A DNA stretch of 64,000 bases from a candidate division FCPU426 bacterium (GTDB taxonomy: Bacteria > Oederibacteriota > Muellerivitia > Muellerivitales > Muellerivitaceae). Below, one piece after another: positions 57,283 through 64,000 of the stretch. The notes under the pieces were generated by a model, which did no database searches, was not told the DNA's origin, and saw nothing but the letters and a program-made list of their open reading frames with translations. The position numbers and the translations under genes were made by a program. Position 1 is the stretch's first letter. Every line of letters begins with the position of its first letter. The DNA is taken from assembly GCA_963738405.1 (NCBI GenBank), contig CAVTWJ010000023.1:160001-224000 (forward strand). The letters run 5' to 3'.

Positions 57283-57996
57283 CTAGGAACGCAAAAGGGT
57301 AAAAGCTAAACCCAATAAAAGAGCCATCAACCAAATGGAAAAAAACCACCTCGCGGCCCTCGAAAAGTTTTCGATCTTCCAACCCGACAATTTTCTGAGG
57401 TGGAGAACTAAAAGGTAATTCAAAAAACACAGAAAATAAGCACCCAAGGCTAGGGGTATCCTTGGCCCTACGAACCTGACGGTTTGATACAAAAGGAGGC
57501 ACGAAAGGCCAAAATAAAAACCCATCCATCCCCAAACCCCCTGGCTCACCCAGGGTTGCTCCTGCCTTTTTTCGGCTATTTTGTTGTCGGCATCCCAATT
57601 GAAAATTTCAAGAAAATGGAAATAGAGCCGGATCCAAAGGGCTCCAAGAATCAAAACTACCAGGAATGAGATAGATTGGGCTTCTTGAAAAAGGGCTGTA
57701 GCCGTATCAATCCACAAAAAGAAAAAGGTCAAGGTCCAAAGGTTTCCAATCACTCCCGGCGGAAGGCTTGGAGTCCATACAACCATGAGTGTTCCAAGGG
57801 CCGAGATGAGAAGAGCGGAAAAGGCGATTAAACCCCTAATCCAAGAGGCCATCGAAAGATCGGCCCATTCGTTGAGCGCTAACAAACCATGGGTTTCTTC
57901 AAATAATGGAATATTGATAATAAATAAGAAATAAATGGAAGCGGAGAGGACAAAATAAAGGAAAACTTGAATGGCCATGCCCCATTTAACAGCCAC
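57283..57996 (-). CDS. Hypothetical integral membrane protein
   Basis: About 7 hydrophobic segments; GGAAGG before a GTG start. Confidence 0.7.
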   Translation of the reverse strand: MAVKWGMAIQVFLYFVLSASIYFLFIINIPLFEETHGLLALNEWADLSMASWIRGLIAFSALLISALGTLMVVWTPSLPPGVIGNLWTLTFFFLWIDTATALFQEAQSISFLVVLILGALWIRLYFHFLEIFNWDADNKIAEKRQEQPWVSQGVWGWMGFYFGLSCLLLYQTVRFVGPRIPLALGAYFLCFLNYLLVLHLRKLSGWKIENFSRAARWFFSIWLMALLLGLAFTLLRS

Positions 57997-58304
57997 GCTG
58001 ACCTTCCTTGTTAGTTATCCAAAAAAACGGCTTATCTTCTAGGAATTAAGATGGAAGGACATTAAAGACTTTATAACCAATTTTATATAGCTTTTTCACA
58101 ACAGTGATTTGCCACATAAATTACATTTTATTAATGTGCTAATTTTATAGTTGTCTTGTTTCTTTTGTGATTTACCAATTAATAACGTTTATATGTCATT
58201 GAAACTAAATATAACATAATATATCATAACATTGCTTAGTTTATGAGTCTAATTGGTTTAACAAATCTATAATTCAACGTGCAAAACCCTTCTAGGAGGA
58301 AGTC

Positions 58305-58766
58305 ATGAAGCAGAAATGGTCCAAAGAAAAGATCGTGGAAACCATTAAGGATTTACAACGCCAATCCATCGATATCTCTGCCAGCAATATATCAAAGAAT
58401 TTCATCCCTCTTTTCACGGCCGCTTGTTCAAGGCGTTATTTTTCTAGTTGGTCCAATGCGGTAAAAGCCGCCGGCATTGACTATGACCAAATTCTGGATG
58501 CGGGCAAGGCCAGGCGCCGTGAAAAGCTTACCAAATGGTCCAAAGATGAGGTATTGGAACAGGTTAGGCTCGCTGAATCAAAAAACCTCCTGACAACCTA
58601 CAGGGACCGTCTTGCCCTTTACTCGGCGGCCCGCCGGGAGTTTGGAAGTTGGAAACAGGCGCTTGAGGCAGCCGGATACCGTTTGACCAAGGGTGCCCAT
58701 AAGAATTCCAATCAGATATTCAAGAAGGAAGAAACGGTCGCGAAAACCCCAACGACAACCGTCTAA
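58305..58766 (+). CDS. Two-repeat helical protein (homing-endonuclease-associated repeat-like)
   Basis: AGGAGG RBS; duplicated KWSK(E/D)...AA..R.F.SW..A..AAG unit. Confidence 0.8.
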   Translation: MKQKWSKEKIVETIKDLQRQSIDISASNISKNFIPLFTAACSRRYFSSWSNAVKAAGIDYDQILDAGKARRREKLTKWSKDEVLEQVRLAESKNLLTTYRDRLALYSAARREFGSWKQALEAAGYRLTKGAHKNSNQIFKKEETVAKTPTTTV

Positions 58767-58792
58767 TCACCCGATTGATCAGGAGCCAGCTG

Positions 58793-60304
58793 TCAGTAAA
58801 TAATCGCCAACTTTTTCATGACAGTCTGGCTCCCTGTGGTGATGCTGTAAATATAAAGACCGCTTGCTAGACGAACGCCTCCCTGATTTACCCCATTCCA
58901 TGAAAATTGATTGTTTCCTGTTTTCGTTTGGTCGCTTCCAAAAGTCTCGGAAAATACGAGTGTGCCGGAAATATCAAATATCTTCATGCCCACATTTTGG
59001 GGATTCGACAGGTTGAATGAAAAGGTGAGATGCCCATCGTGGCTGGGGTTAGGAAAACAAAAAGTGGTTCTTTCACTAAATTGATTGTTCTCCGCAGAAA
59101 GGACTGTGGGAGTTGGGGAGAGGGATGTACCAAGCGCTTGAGGCAATATTTTAATCGAGTTGGAGCGCATGTGAGTCGTCACCAAATCTAATTTACCCGT
59201 TCCTCGGGTATCTAGAGCGGCCACTTCCACCGGGCCGTAGCTTGAATCCGGGTCGAATGCCACCTTCAAACTTTGTAAGGGTTGGAACAAATTACCGGTC
59301 CATTGATAAAGATCCAAAAGGTCCGAATCCCGGTTGGCGACAACGATGACCGGAACCCCTGTGTTATCCAAATCGGCAACCGTCAAACCATTGGGGTGGT
59401 TCCCATTCGTGGCAAGCGGGGCTTGAAGGGCTAATGAGCCGTCTTTTTGTTGAAGATAAACCCATAGAATATTTTTAGTGAAATCAATCGCGGCTATGTC
59501 CGCTTTTCCATCACGGTTCAGGTCGGTTATTCGTAGATCCGAAAGATCTGATCCTGGGGCCGGAATCAGATACTGAGAAATCGAATAGGCGGAAAGATCA
59601 TTGGGAGTGCTGGAAGACGGGCTTAAAACCACCAATTGCCCAGTCCCTAAACAGGCCGCCACAATCTCATTAAAGCCATCGCCATGCAGATCGCCCACCG
59701 CCACTTGAGTGGGACCTACGGGAACCGCGAAATCATATCGAGTACCAAACTTTCCATTCTTAATCTCATAAACTGATATTTGATTGTTTCCGTAATCCGC
59801 GACTGCCACAAAGGGAATGCCTCCTGCCCGGGTAATGCCGTAACAAACCCCGACTGGTTGATTGAGCGTCGATGTTTCATCAAGTTTTTTAAATTGTGAG
59901 CCATTCCAATGAAATAACTGCAAAAGCTTGGAGTCGTAACACGAAACCAAAAGATCCTCTTTCCCGAAACCATCGGGTACCGCAGCTAAGCTCCGGGGGC
60001 TCCACCCGACAGGAATTTCGCTGATGAGAGCTAATCCCGATGGATTGGGCATAAACACCTGAACGGTGGACTTTTGATTGACGAGAACGCTCTGGGATGT
60101 GGACTGGCCAATAAAAGTAGGAGACCCAAAGTTAGCCACCGCTAGACAAGCTTGGGAGTTGTCGGTGAAATGGCCAACAATCAAACCTCTGGGAGAAGAA
60201 CCAACTAAAATGGAAACCGGATTCTGGAATGAAATAGAAGCTCCGATTCCTACCATTGGAATCAAGATTACTATTGAAACAATCATTAATCGAATGGGGC
60301 TCAT
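58793..60304 (-). CDS. Secreted FG-GAP/VCBS-repeat protein with C-terminal T9SS-CTD/FlgD-like domain
   Basis: VGDLHGDGFNEI, TDLNRDGKADI, ADLDNTG repeats; FPNPS...KIFDISG...WNG...ASGLYIY...KKLAIIY. Confidence 0.85.
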   Translation of the reverse strand: MSPIRLMIVSIVILIPMVGIGASISFQNPVSILVGSSPRGLIVGHFTDNSQACLAVANFGSPTFIGQSTSQSVLVNQKSTVQVFMPNPSGLALISEIPVGWSPRSLAAVPDGFGKEDLLVSCYDSKLLQLFHWNGSQFKKLDETSTLNQPVGVCYGITRAGGIPFVAVADYGNNQISVYEIKNGKFGTRYDFAVPVGPTQVAVGDLHGDGFNEIVAACLGTGQLVVLSPSSSTPNDLSAYSISQYLIPAPGSDLSDLRITDLNRDGKADIAAIDFTKNILWVYLQQKDGSLALQAPLATNGNHPNGLTVADLDNTGVPVIVVANRDSDLLDLYQWTGNLFQPLQSLKVAFDPDSSYGPVEVAALDTRGTGKLDLVTTHMRSNSIKILPQALGTSLSPTPTVLSAENNQFSERTTFCFPNPSHDGHLTFSFNLSNPQNVGMKIFDISGTLVFSETFGSDQTKTGNNQFSWNGVNQGGVRLASGLYIYSITTGSQTVMKKLAIIY

Positions 60305-60439
60305 AAGGTCTCCTGGAAAGGAATAAGGTTATTTTACCCCTCAATTTTAATTTTTAGGCTAATGAAACGGAAAGGGTTTAAGACAGGGATTCTTAAATGT
60401 TTAAAGGGAAAGGCGATGGACGGATGTAATTTTAAGAGG

Positions 60440-60961
60440 TTAAAACTTGTAAGCCATTGCCAAAATAGGGTGATCATTTTGGAAGAAAACTTCAGGTTTC
60501 AAGCCGTGTTCATTGTTGTAATCTTGGGCCACAGTAGGCGCATGGGCCATATCAATGATCCAAAGACCACCAAATGCGATGATTCCACCCCATATCAGGT
60601 TGGACCCAATATTATCCGCGTTCGTCGGATCGCCTAACAAACCCCCGGAAAAAGTAGTGGTATCAGACTTGATGAGGGCCCCTAAGCCGACAGAAAGAAC
60701 CGAAAGCACCTCCCCGCCCAACAATACATCCCCGGTGATATTGTCATCCGCATAAAAGTGGCCATAACCATGAATGAGGAGGCCGGGAAAAAAGGCAAGG
60801 AGAAATGCCTTATTCGGATCTTTATAAAAATAATTTTGGTGGTTGGTTTCTAGGCTGCCGGACAACCCAGGATCGGACATTTGGGCTAAAACGATTGCTG
60901 GGAAGGATAGTAAAGCGATTCCTAAAAAGAGAAACATAAAACGCCAAAATTTGTGGGTCAT
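60440..60961 (-). CDS. Hypothetical exported/membrane protein
   Basis: Signal peptide; KDPNKAFLLAFFPG..GYGHFY motif (TM2/DUF5683-like). Confidence 0.65.
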   Translation of the reverse strand: MTHKFWRFMFLFLGIALLSFPAIVLAQMSDPGLSGSLETNHQNYFYKDPNKAFLLAFFPGLLIHGYGHFYADDNITGDVLLGGEVLSVLSVGLGALIKSDTTTFSGGLLGDPTNADNIGSNLIWGGIIAFGGLWIIDMAHAPTVAQDYNNEHGLKPEVFFQNDHPILAMAYKF

Positions 60962-61035
60962 AATTTTCTCATTTTACGTTCAGGAATCACCAGGGTCAAA
61001 AGAAAATTCCGGGTCCTTATCGAGTGAAAAGCTTG

Positions 61036-61506
61036 TTAAGAGGGGGCCGTTTCTTTTGAATTCTCCACAACATCTATTGGTTCAGTGGATGTTTGTTTAA
61101 CTTTCTTCGCCTTTTTTTCGGTCGAAGGCTCTACAGACTTTTCTTCAACAGGACGATCCACCATCTCCAGAAATACCATTTCAGCCCCATCTCCAGGGCG
61201 GAAGCCAAGCTTTAACATCCTGGTGTATCCACCTTTCCGTTGGGCGTAGCGGAAAATAAGGGTCTTAAAAAGTTTGTTAACCACTTCTCTTTCACGGACA
61301 AAACCTAATACTTCCCTTTTGGCGGCAAGGGTTTCCTTTTTGGCCGCAGTTATCATTTTTTCCGCGTAACGGCGCACTTCTTTCGCCCTGACTTTGGTCG
61401 TCTTGATCCTCTCGTGTTTTAACAACGAGGTCACCATATTTCTAACCATGGCTCTACGATGGGCGGGTTGTACACCCAATCTTCCATGGTGGGCTTTATG
61501 ACGCAT
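61036..61506 (-). CDS. rplQ: 50S ribosomal protein L17
   Basis: MRH...HRRAMVRN...ERIKTT...RKGGYTR...GDGAEM. Confidence 0.99.
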   Translation of the reverse strand: MRHKAHHGRLGVQPAHRRAMVRNMVTSLLKHERIKTTKVRAKEVRRYAEKMITAAKKETLAAKREVLGFVREREVVNKLFKTLIFRYAQRKGGYTRMLKLGFRPGDGAEMVFLEMVDRPVEEKSVEPSTEKKAKKVKQTSTEPIDVVENSKETAPS

Positions 61507-61533
61507 TTGCTTCTCCTATCGTGTCTCGAAGGG

Positions 61534-62547
61534 TTAAACGGCGGCTTCCACGCGGGGAGGGGTTGTTGATTTTCCCTTCGCGAGGATTGAATCCACATCC
61601 ATTCCAAATGACAAGCCCATTCCACCAAGGATTTCTTTAATTTCGTTGAGGGATTTACGGCCGAAGTTTTTATATTTCAGCATATCCGTTTCAGTCTTGC
61701 GGACCAGATCCCCGATGGTTTTAATGTTTGCGGTTTTGAGACAGTTTGCCGAACGAACAGACAACTCCAGTTCCTCAACGCTTTCATTCAACAATTCGCG
61801 AAGGCGCTCTTCCTCTTCGCTCACGGCATCATCTTGAGCGGAAGGCTCTTCCTCGAAATTAATAAAGATCTGCACAGAATCGCGAATAATTTTCGCGGAA
61901 TGAGCCAGGGCATCTTCAGGATGGATCCGGCCGTCTGTCCAGATTTCAATGATAAGTTTATCGTAATCCGTCATTTGTCCGATACGAGCCGATTCCACAG
62001 AGTACTTCACCTGAGTTACAGGGGTAAATACGGAATCGATGGGGATCACACCGATAGATTGACCTTCCCGTTTGTTACGATCAGCAGGGGCATAACCTCT
62101 GCCTTCCGCGATCTCGATAACAACATCTAATAATGCGTCTTCTTCCGTTAAAGTTGCTAAATGCAGCTGCGGATTTAGGATTTCAACATCCGAATCAATT
62201 TGAATGTCCGCCCCTGTCACTTTCCGTTCACCCTTGACATTGAGTCTTAAAGTTTTAGCCCCTGTCCCAAACATTTTGATTTTAAGCTCTTTTAGGTTCA
62301 GGATAATTTCAGTGGTGTCTTCAACAATTCCCGGGATAGAAGAAAACTCATGAGAAACACCCTCAAACTTAACCGAAGTAACAGCGGCTCCAGAAATAGA
62401 TGAAAGCAGGATTCTCCTGAGCGAATTACCAATCGTATGGCCATAACCCCGCTCAAAGGGCTCGGCGATAAATTTTCCATAAGTCGGGGTTAAAGTTTCC
62501 TTTTCGTAATCAAGAAACTTTGGAATTTGAACGTTACCGATTTGCAT
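61534..62547 (-). CDS. rpoA: RNA polymerase alpha subunit
   Basis: [21 protein letters not shown]; alpha-[13 protein letters not shown]...[10 protein letters not shown]. Confidence 0.99.
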   Translation of the reverse strand: MQIGNVQIPKFLDYEKETLTPTYGKFIAEPFERGYGHTIGNSLRRILLSSISGAAVTSVKFEGVSHEFSSIPGIVEDTTEIILNLKELKIKMFGTGAKTLRLNVKGERKVTGADIQIDSDVEILNPQLHLATLTEEDALLDVVIEIAEGRGYAPADRNKREGQSIGVIPIDSVFTPVTQVKYSVESARIGQMTDYDKLIIEIWTDGRIHPEDALAHSAKIIRDSVQIFINFEEEPSAQDDAVSEEEERLRELLNESVEELELSVRSANCLKTANIKTIGDLVRKTETDMLKYKNFGRKSLNEIKEILGGMGLSFGMDVDSILAKGKSTTPPRVEAAV

Positions 62548-62574
62548 GATCCCTCCTACGCGGGTCTTTCCTGT

Positions 62575-63195
62575 TTACTTCGAATACAATTCAACAATGA
62601 GCTGTTCCTGCACCGGCAAGGCAATCTCTTCCTTGGTGGGCACCTTCTTGAAGACACCCGATAAAGTGTCCGTGTCTACCTCCATCCATTCAGGAACACC
62701 ACGTTTTTGAAGCTGTTCCATTGACTTCTTTAGGAAGACATTATCCTTATACTTTTCCGCAATCGACACTTTATCGCCCGCTTTGAGCGTATAACTCGGA
62801 ATATCAACTTTCTTCCCATTGACCAATACCTGACCATGGCGAACAACTTGCCGCGCTTGCGTCCTTGATTCCGCAAATCCCATACGGTAGATCGTGTTAT
62901 CAAGCCGCTGTTCAAGCAACTGAAGCAGCGTCTCGCCGGTGACGCCTTGTTTACGGGAGGCTATGACAAAATAACGGCGAAACTGTTTTTCAAATAAGCC
63001 GTAGATTCTTTTAACTTTTTGTTTTTCGCGCAATTGAAGACCATATTCCGTGTCTTTACGACGCTTCTGACCATGCTGGCCAGGCGCGTAACCACGACGT
63101 TCAAAGGCACACTTATCCGTTTCACAACGGGTGCCCTTCAAATAAAGTTTCATCCCTTCCCGTCGACAAATCCTACAAACGGATTGGTCACTCAT
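62575..63195 (-). CDS. rpsD: 30S ribosomal protein S4 (zinc-binding type)
   Basis: CRICRRE...RC...KC, PGQHG, QLREKQK, IVELYSK. Confidence 0.99.
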   Translation of the reverse strand: MSDQSVCRICRREGMKLYLKGTRCETDKCAFERRGYAPGQHGQKRRKDTEYGLQLREKQKVKRIYGLFEKQFRRYFVIASRKQGVTGETLLQLLEQRLDNTIYRMGFAESRTQARQVVRHGQVLVNGKKVDIPSYTLKAGDKVSIAEKYKDNVFLKKSMEQLQKRGVPEWMEVDTDTLSGVFKKVPTKEEIALPVQEQLIVELYSK

Positions 63196-63207
63196 TCAAA
63201 AGCTCCT

Positions 63208-63651
63208 TTACACACGCCGGCGCTTGGGCGGCCGGCAACCATTATGGGGGACGGGGGTCACGTCCTTAATTATTGAAATTACCAGACCGCTGGTTTGAAT
63301 GGCGCGGATGGCGGCTTCACGGCCCGACCCGGGACCTTTTACAAAAACCTCAACTGATTTCATACCGGCATCCACGGCTTTTTTCCCTGCCGTTTCTGCC
63401 GCAACTTGTGCGGCAAAGGGTGTCGATTTGCGACTGCCTTTAAAATTCATCGATCCAGCCGAGGACCAAGCAATCACATTTCCCCGTGGATCCGTTATGG
63501 TGACCAAAGTATTATTAAAGGTACATTGAATATGTACCACGCCGTTACGTGGGGCCTTTTTCCCTTTTTTGGAAGCCGACGACGCGGGTGCTTTGTCCGC
63601 AGATGCGGGCACCTCAGCCTTCACGTCTTTCGATTCTGGTTTATCTGTCAA
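63208..63651 (-). CDS. rpsK: 30S ribosomal protein S11
   Basis: [35 protein letters not shown]. Confidence 0.99.
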   Translation of the reverse strand: MTDKPESKDVKAEVPASADKAPASSASKKGKKAPRNGVVHIQCTFNNTLVTITDPRGNVIAWSSAGSMNFKGSRKSTPFAAQVAAETAGKKAVDAGMKSVEVFVKGPGSGREAAIRAIQTSGLVISIIKDVTPVPHNGCRPPKRRRV

Positions 63652-63703
63652 AATCCATCTCCTTCATTTCCCGACATATAAGCGAGTTGCTTCAAAACTA
63701 ACC

Positions 63704-64000
63704 TTATTCTTCTTTTTTACGTCCGCTACCAACAGTCTTTTTCGGGCCCTTCCGAGTACGTGCGTTGGTCTTGGTTCTTTGTCCACGGACCGGAAGCCCC
63801 TTGCGATGACGGCTGCCGCGGTAAGTTCCAATATCAATTAAACGCTTGATGTTCATAGTAATTTCCCGCCGCAAATCACCCTCGACCTTGATATTTTCAG
63901 TGTTGAGGGTACTCGTAATGCGGGAAACTTCATCTTCTTTAAGATTTTTAACCCGCACATCGGGATTGACATTAGCTTTAGCCAATATTCGCTTCGCCAA
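63704..64000 (-). CDS. rpsM: 30S ribosomal protein S13 (5' end outside window)
   Basis: VEGDLRRE...[26 protein letters not shown]. Confidence 0.99.
   Translation of the reverse strand: MAKRILAKANVNPDVRVKNLKEDEVSRITSTLNTENIKVEGDLRREITMNIKRLIDIGTYRGSRHRKGLPVRGQRTKTNARTRKGPKKTVGSGRKKEE

Noticed and set aside
58020..58300. Possible replication origin
   Set aside because: AT-rich but only one imperfect DnaA-box-like sequence seen nearby (TTATCCAAA); no dnaA/dnaN context.

Overview
Chromosomal window (~50-55% GC by eye) from a diderm bacterium. Most genes lie on the minus strand. Housekeeping content: ftsK-lolA, gatCAB (gatB carries a +1 frameshift), pcrA/uvrD, rplM-rpsI, speE, queF, a futalosine-pathway menaquinone cluster (ubiD, menG, ubiX, ubiA-like, mqnE, mqnA, mqnC), truA, tpx, an archaeal/fungal-type asd, an ilvBNC-psd-pssA-leuA...leuB operon with an unannotated Ile/Leu/Val leader-peptide attenuator, and the rpsM-rpsK-rpsD-rpoA-rplQ operon. 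The most interesting accessory locus is 5878-11958. There a four-gene operon encodes a CTD-only secreted protein, a PorV/PorQ-like barrel with TPR, an ECF sigma factor, and a membrane anti-sigma whose periplasmic end is itself a FlgD-Ig/T9SS-CTD-like domain. It is divergent from a lipoprotein serpin and a beta-propeller lipoprotein. A bipartite motif GGAATAAA-N13/14-(CA/GT)CTA(C/T)AC occurs upstream of the sigma gene, twice upstream of the serpin and once upstream of a TPR-barrel gene, suggesting a small ECF regulon. Other oddities: a CNNC motif across the predicted serpin scissile bond, an HTH-less LacI sensor, a degenerate glycoside-hydrolase-like protein, a toxin-antitoxin/nuclease islet between leuA and leuB, and short tandem-plus-inverted repeat elements. 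The PorV-like, FlgD-CTD and Thr/Pro-linker proteins suggest a non-Bacteroidota lineage such as FCPU426 or relatives (inference only). No rRNA, tRNA, CRISPR array or transposase was recognised. All family assignments come from motif recognition; no database search was run.
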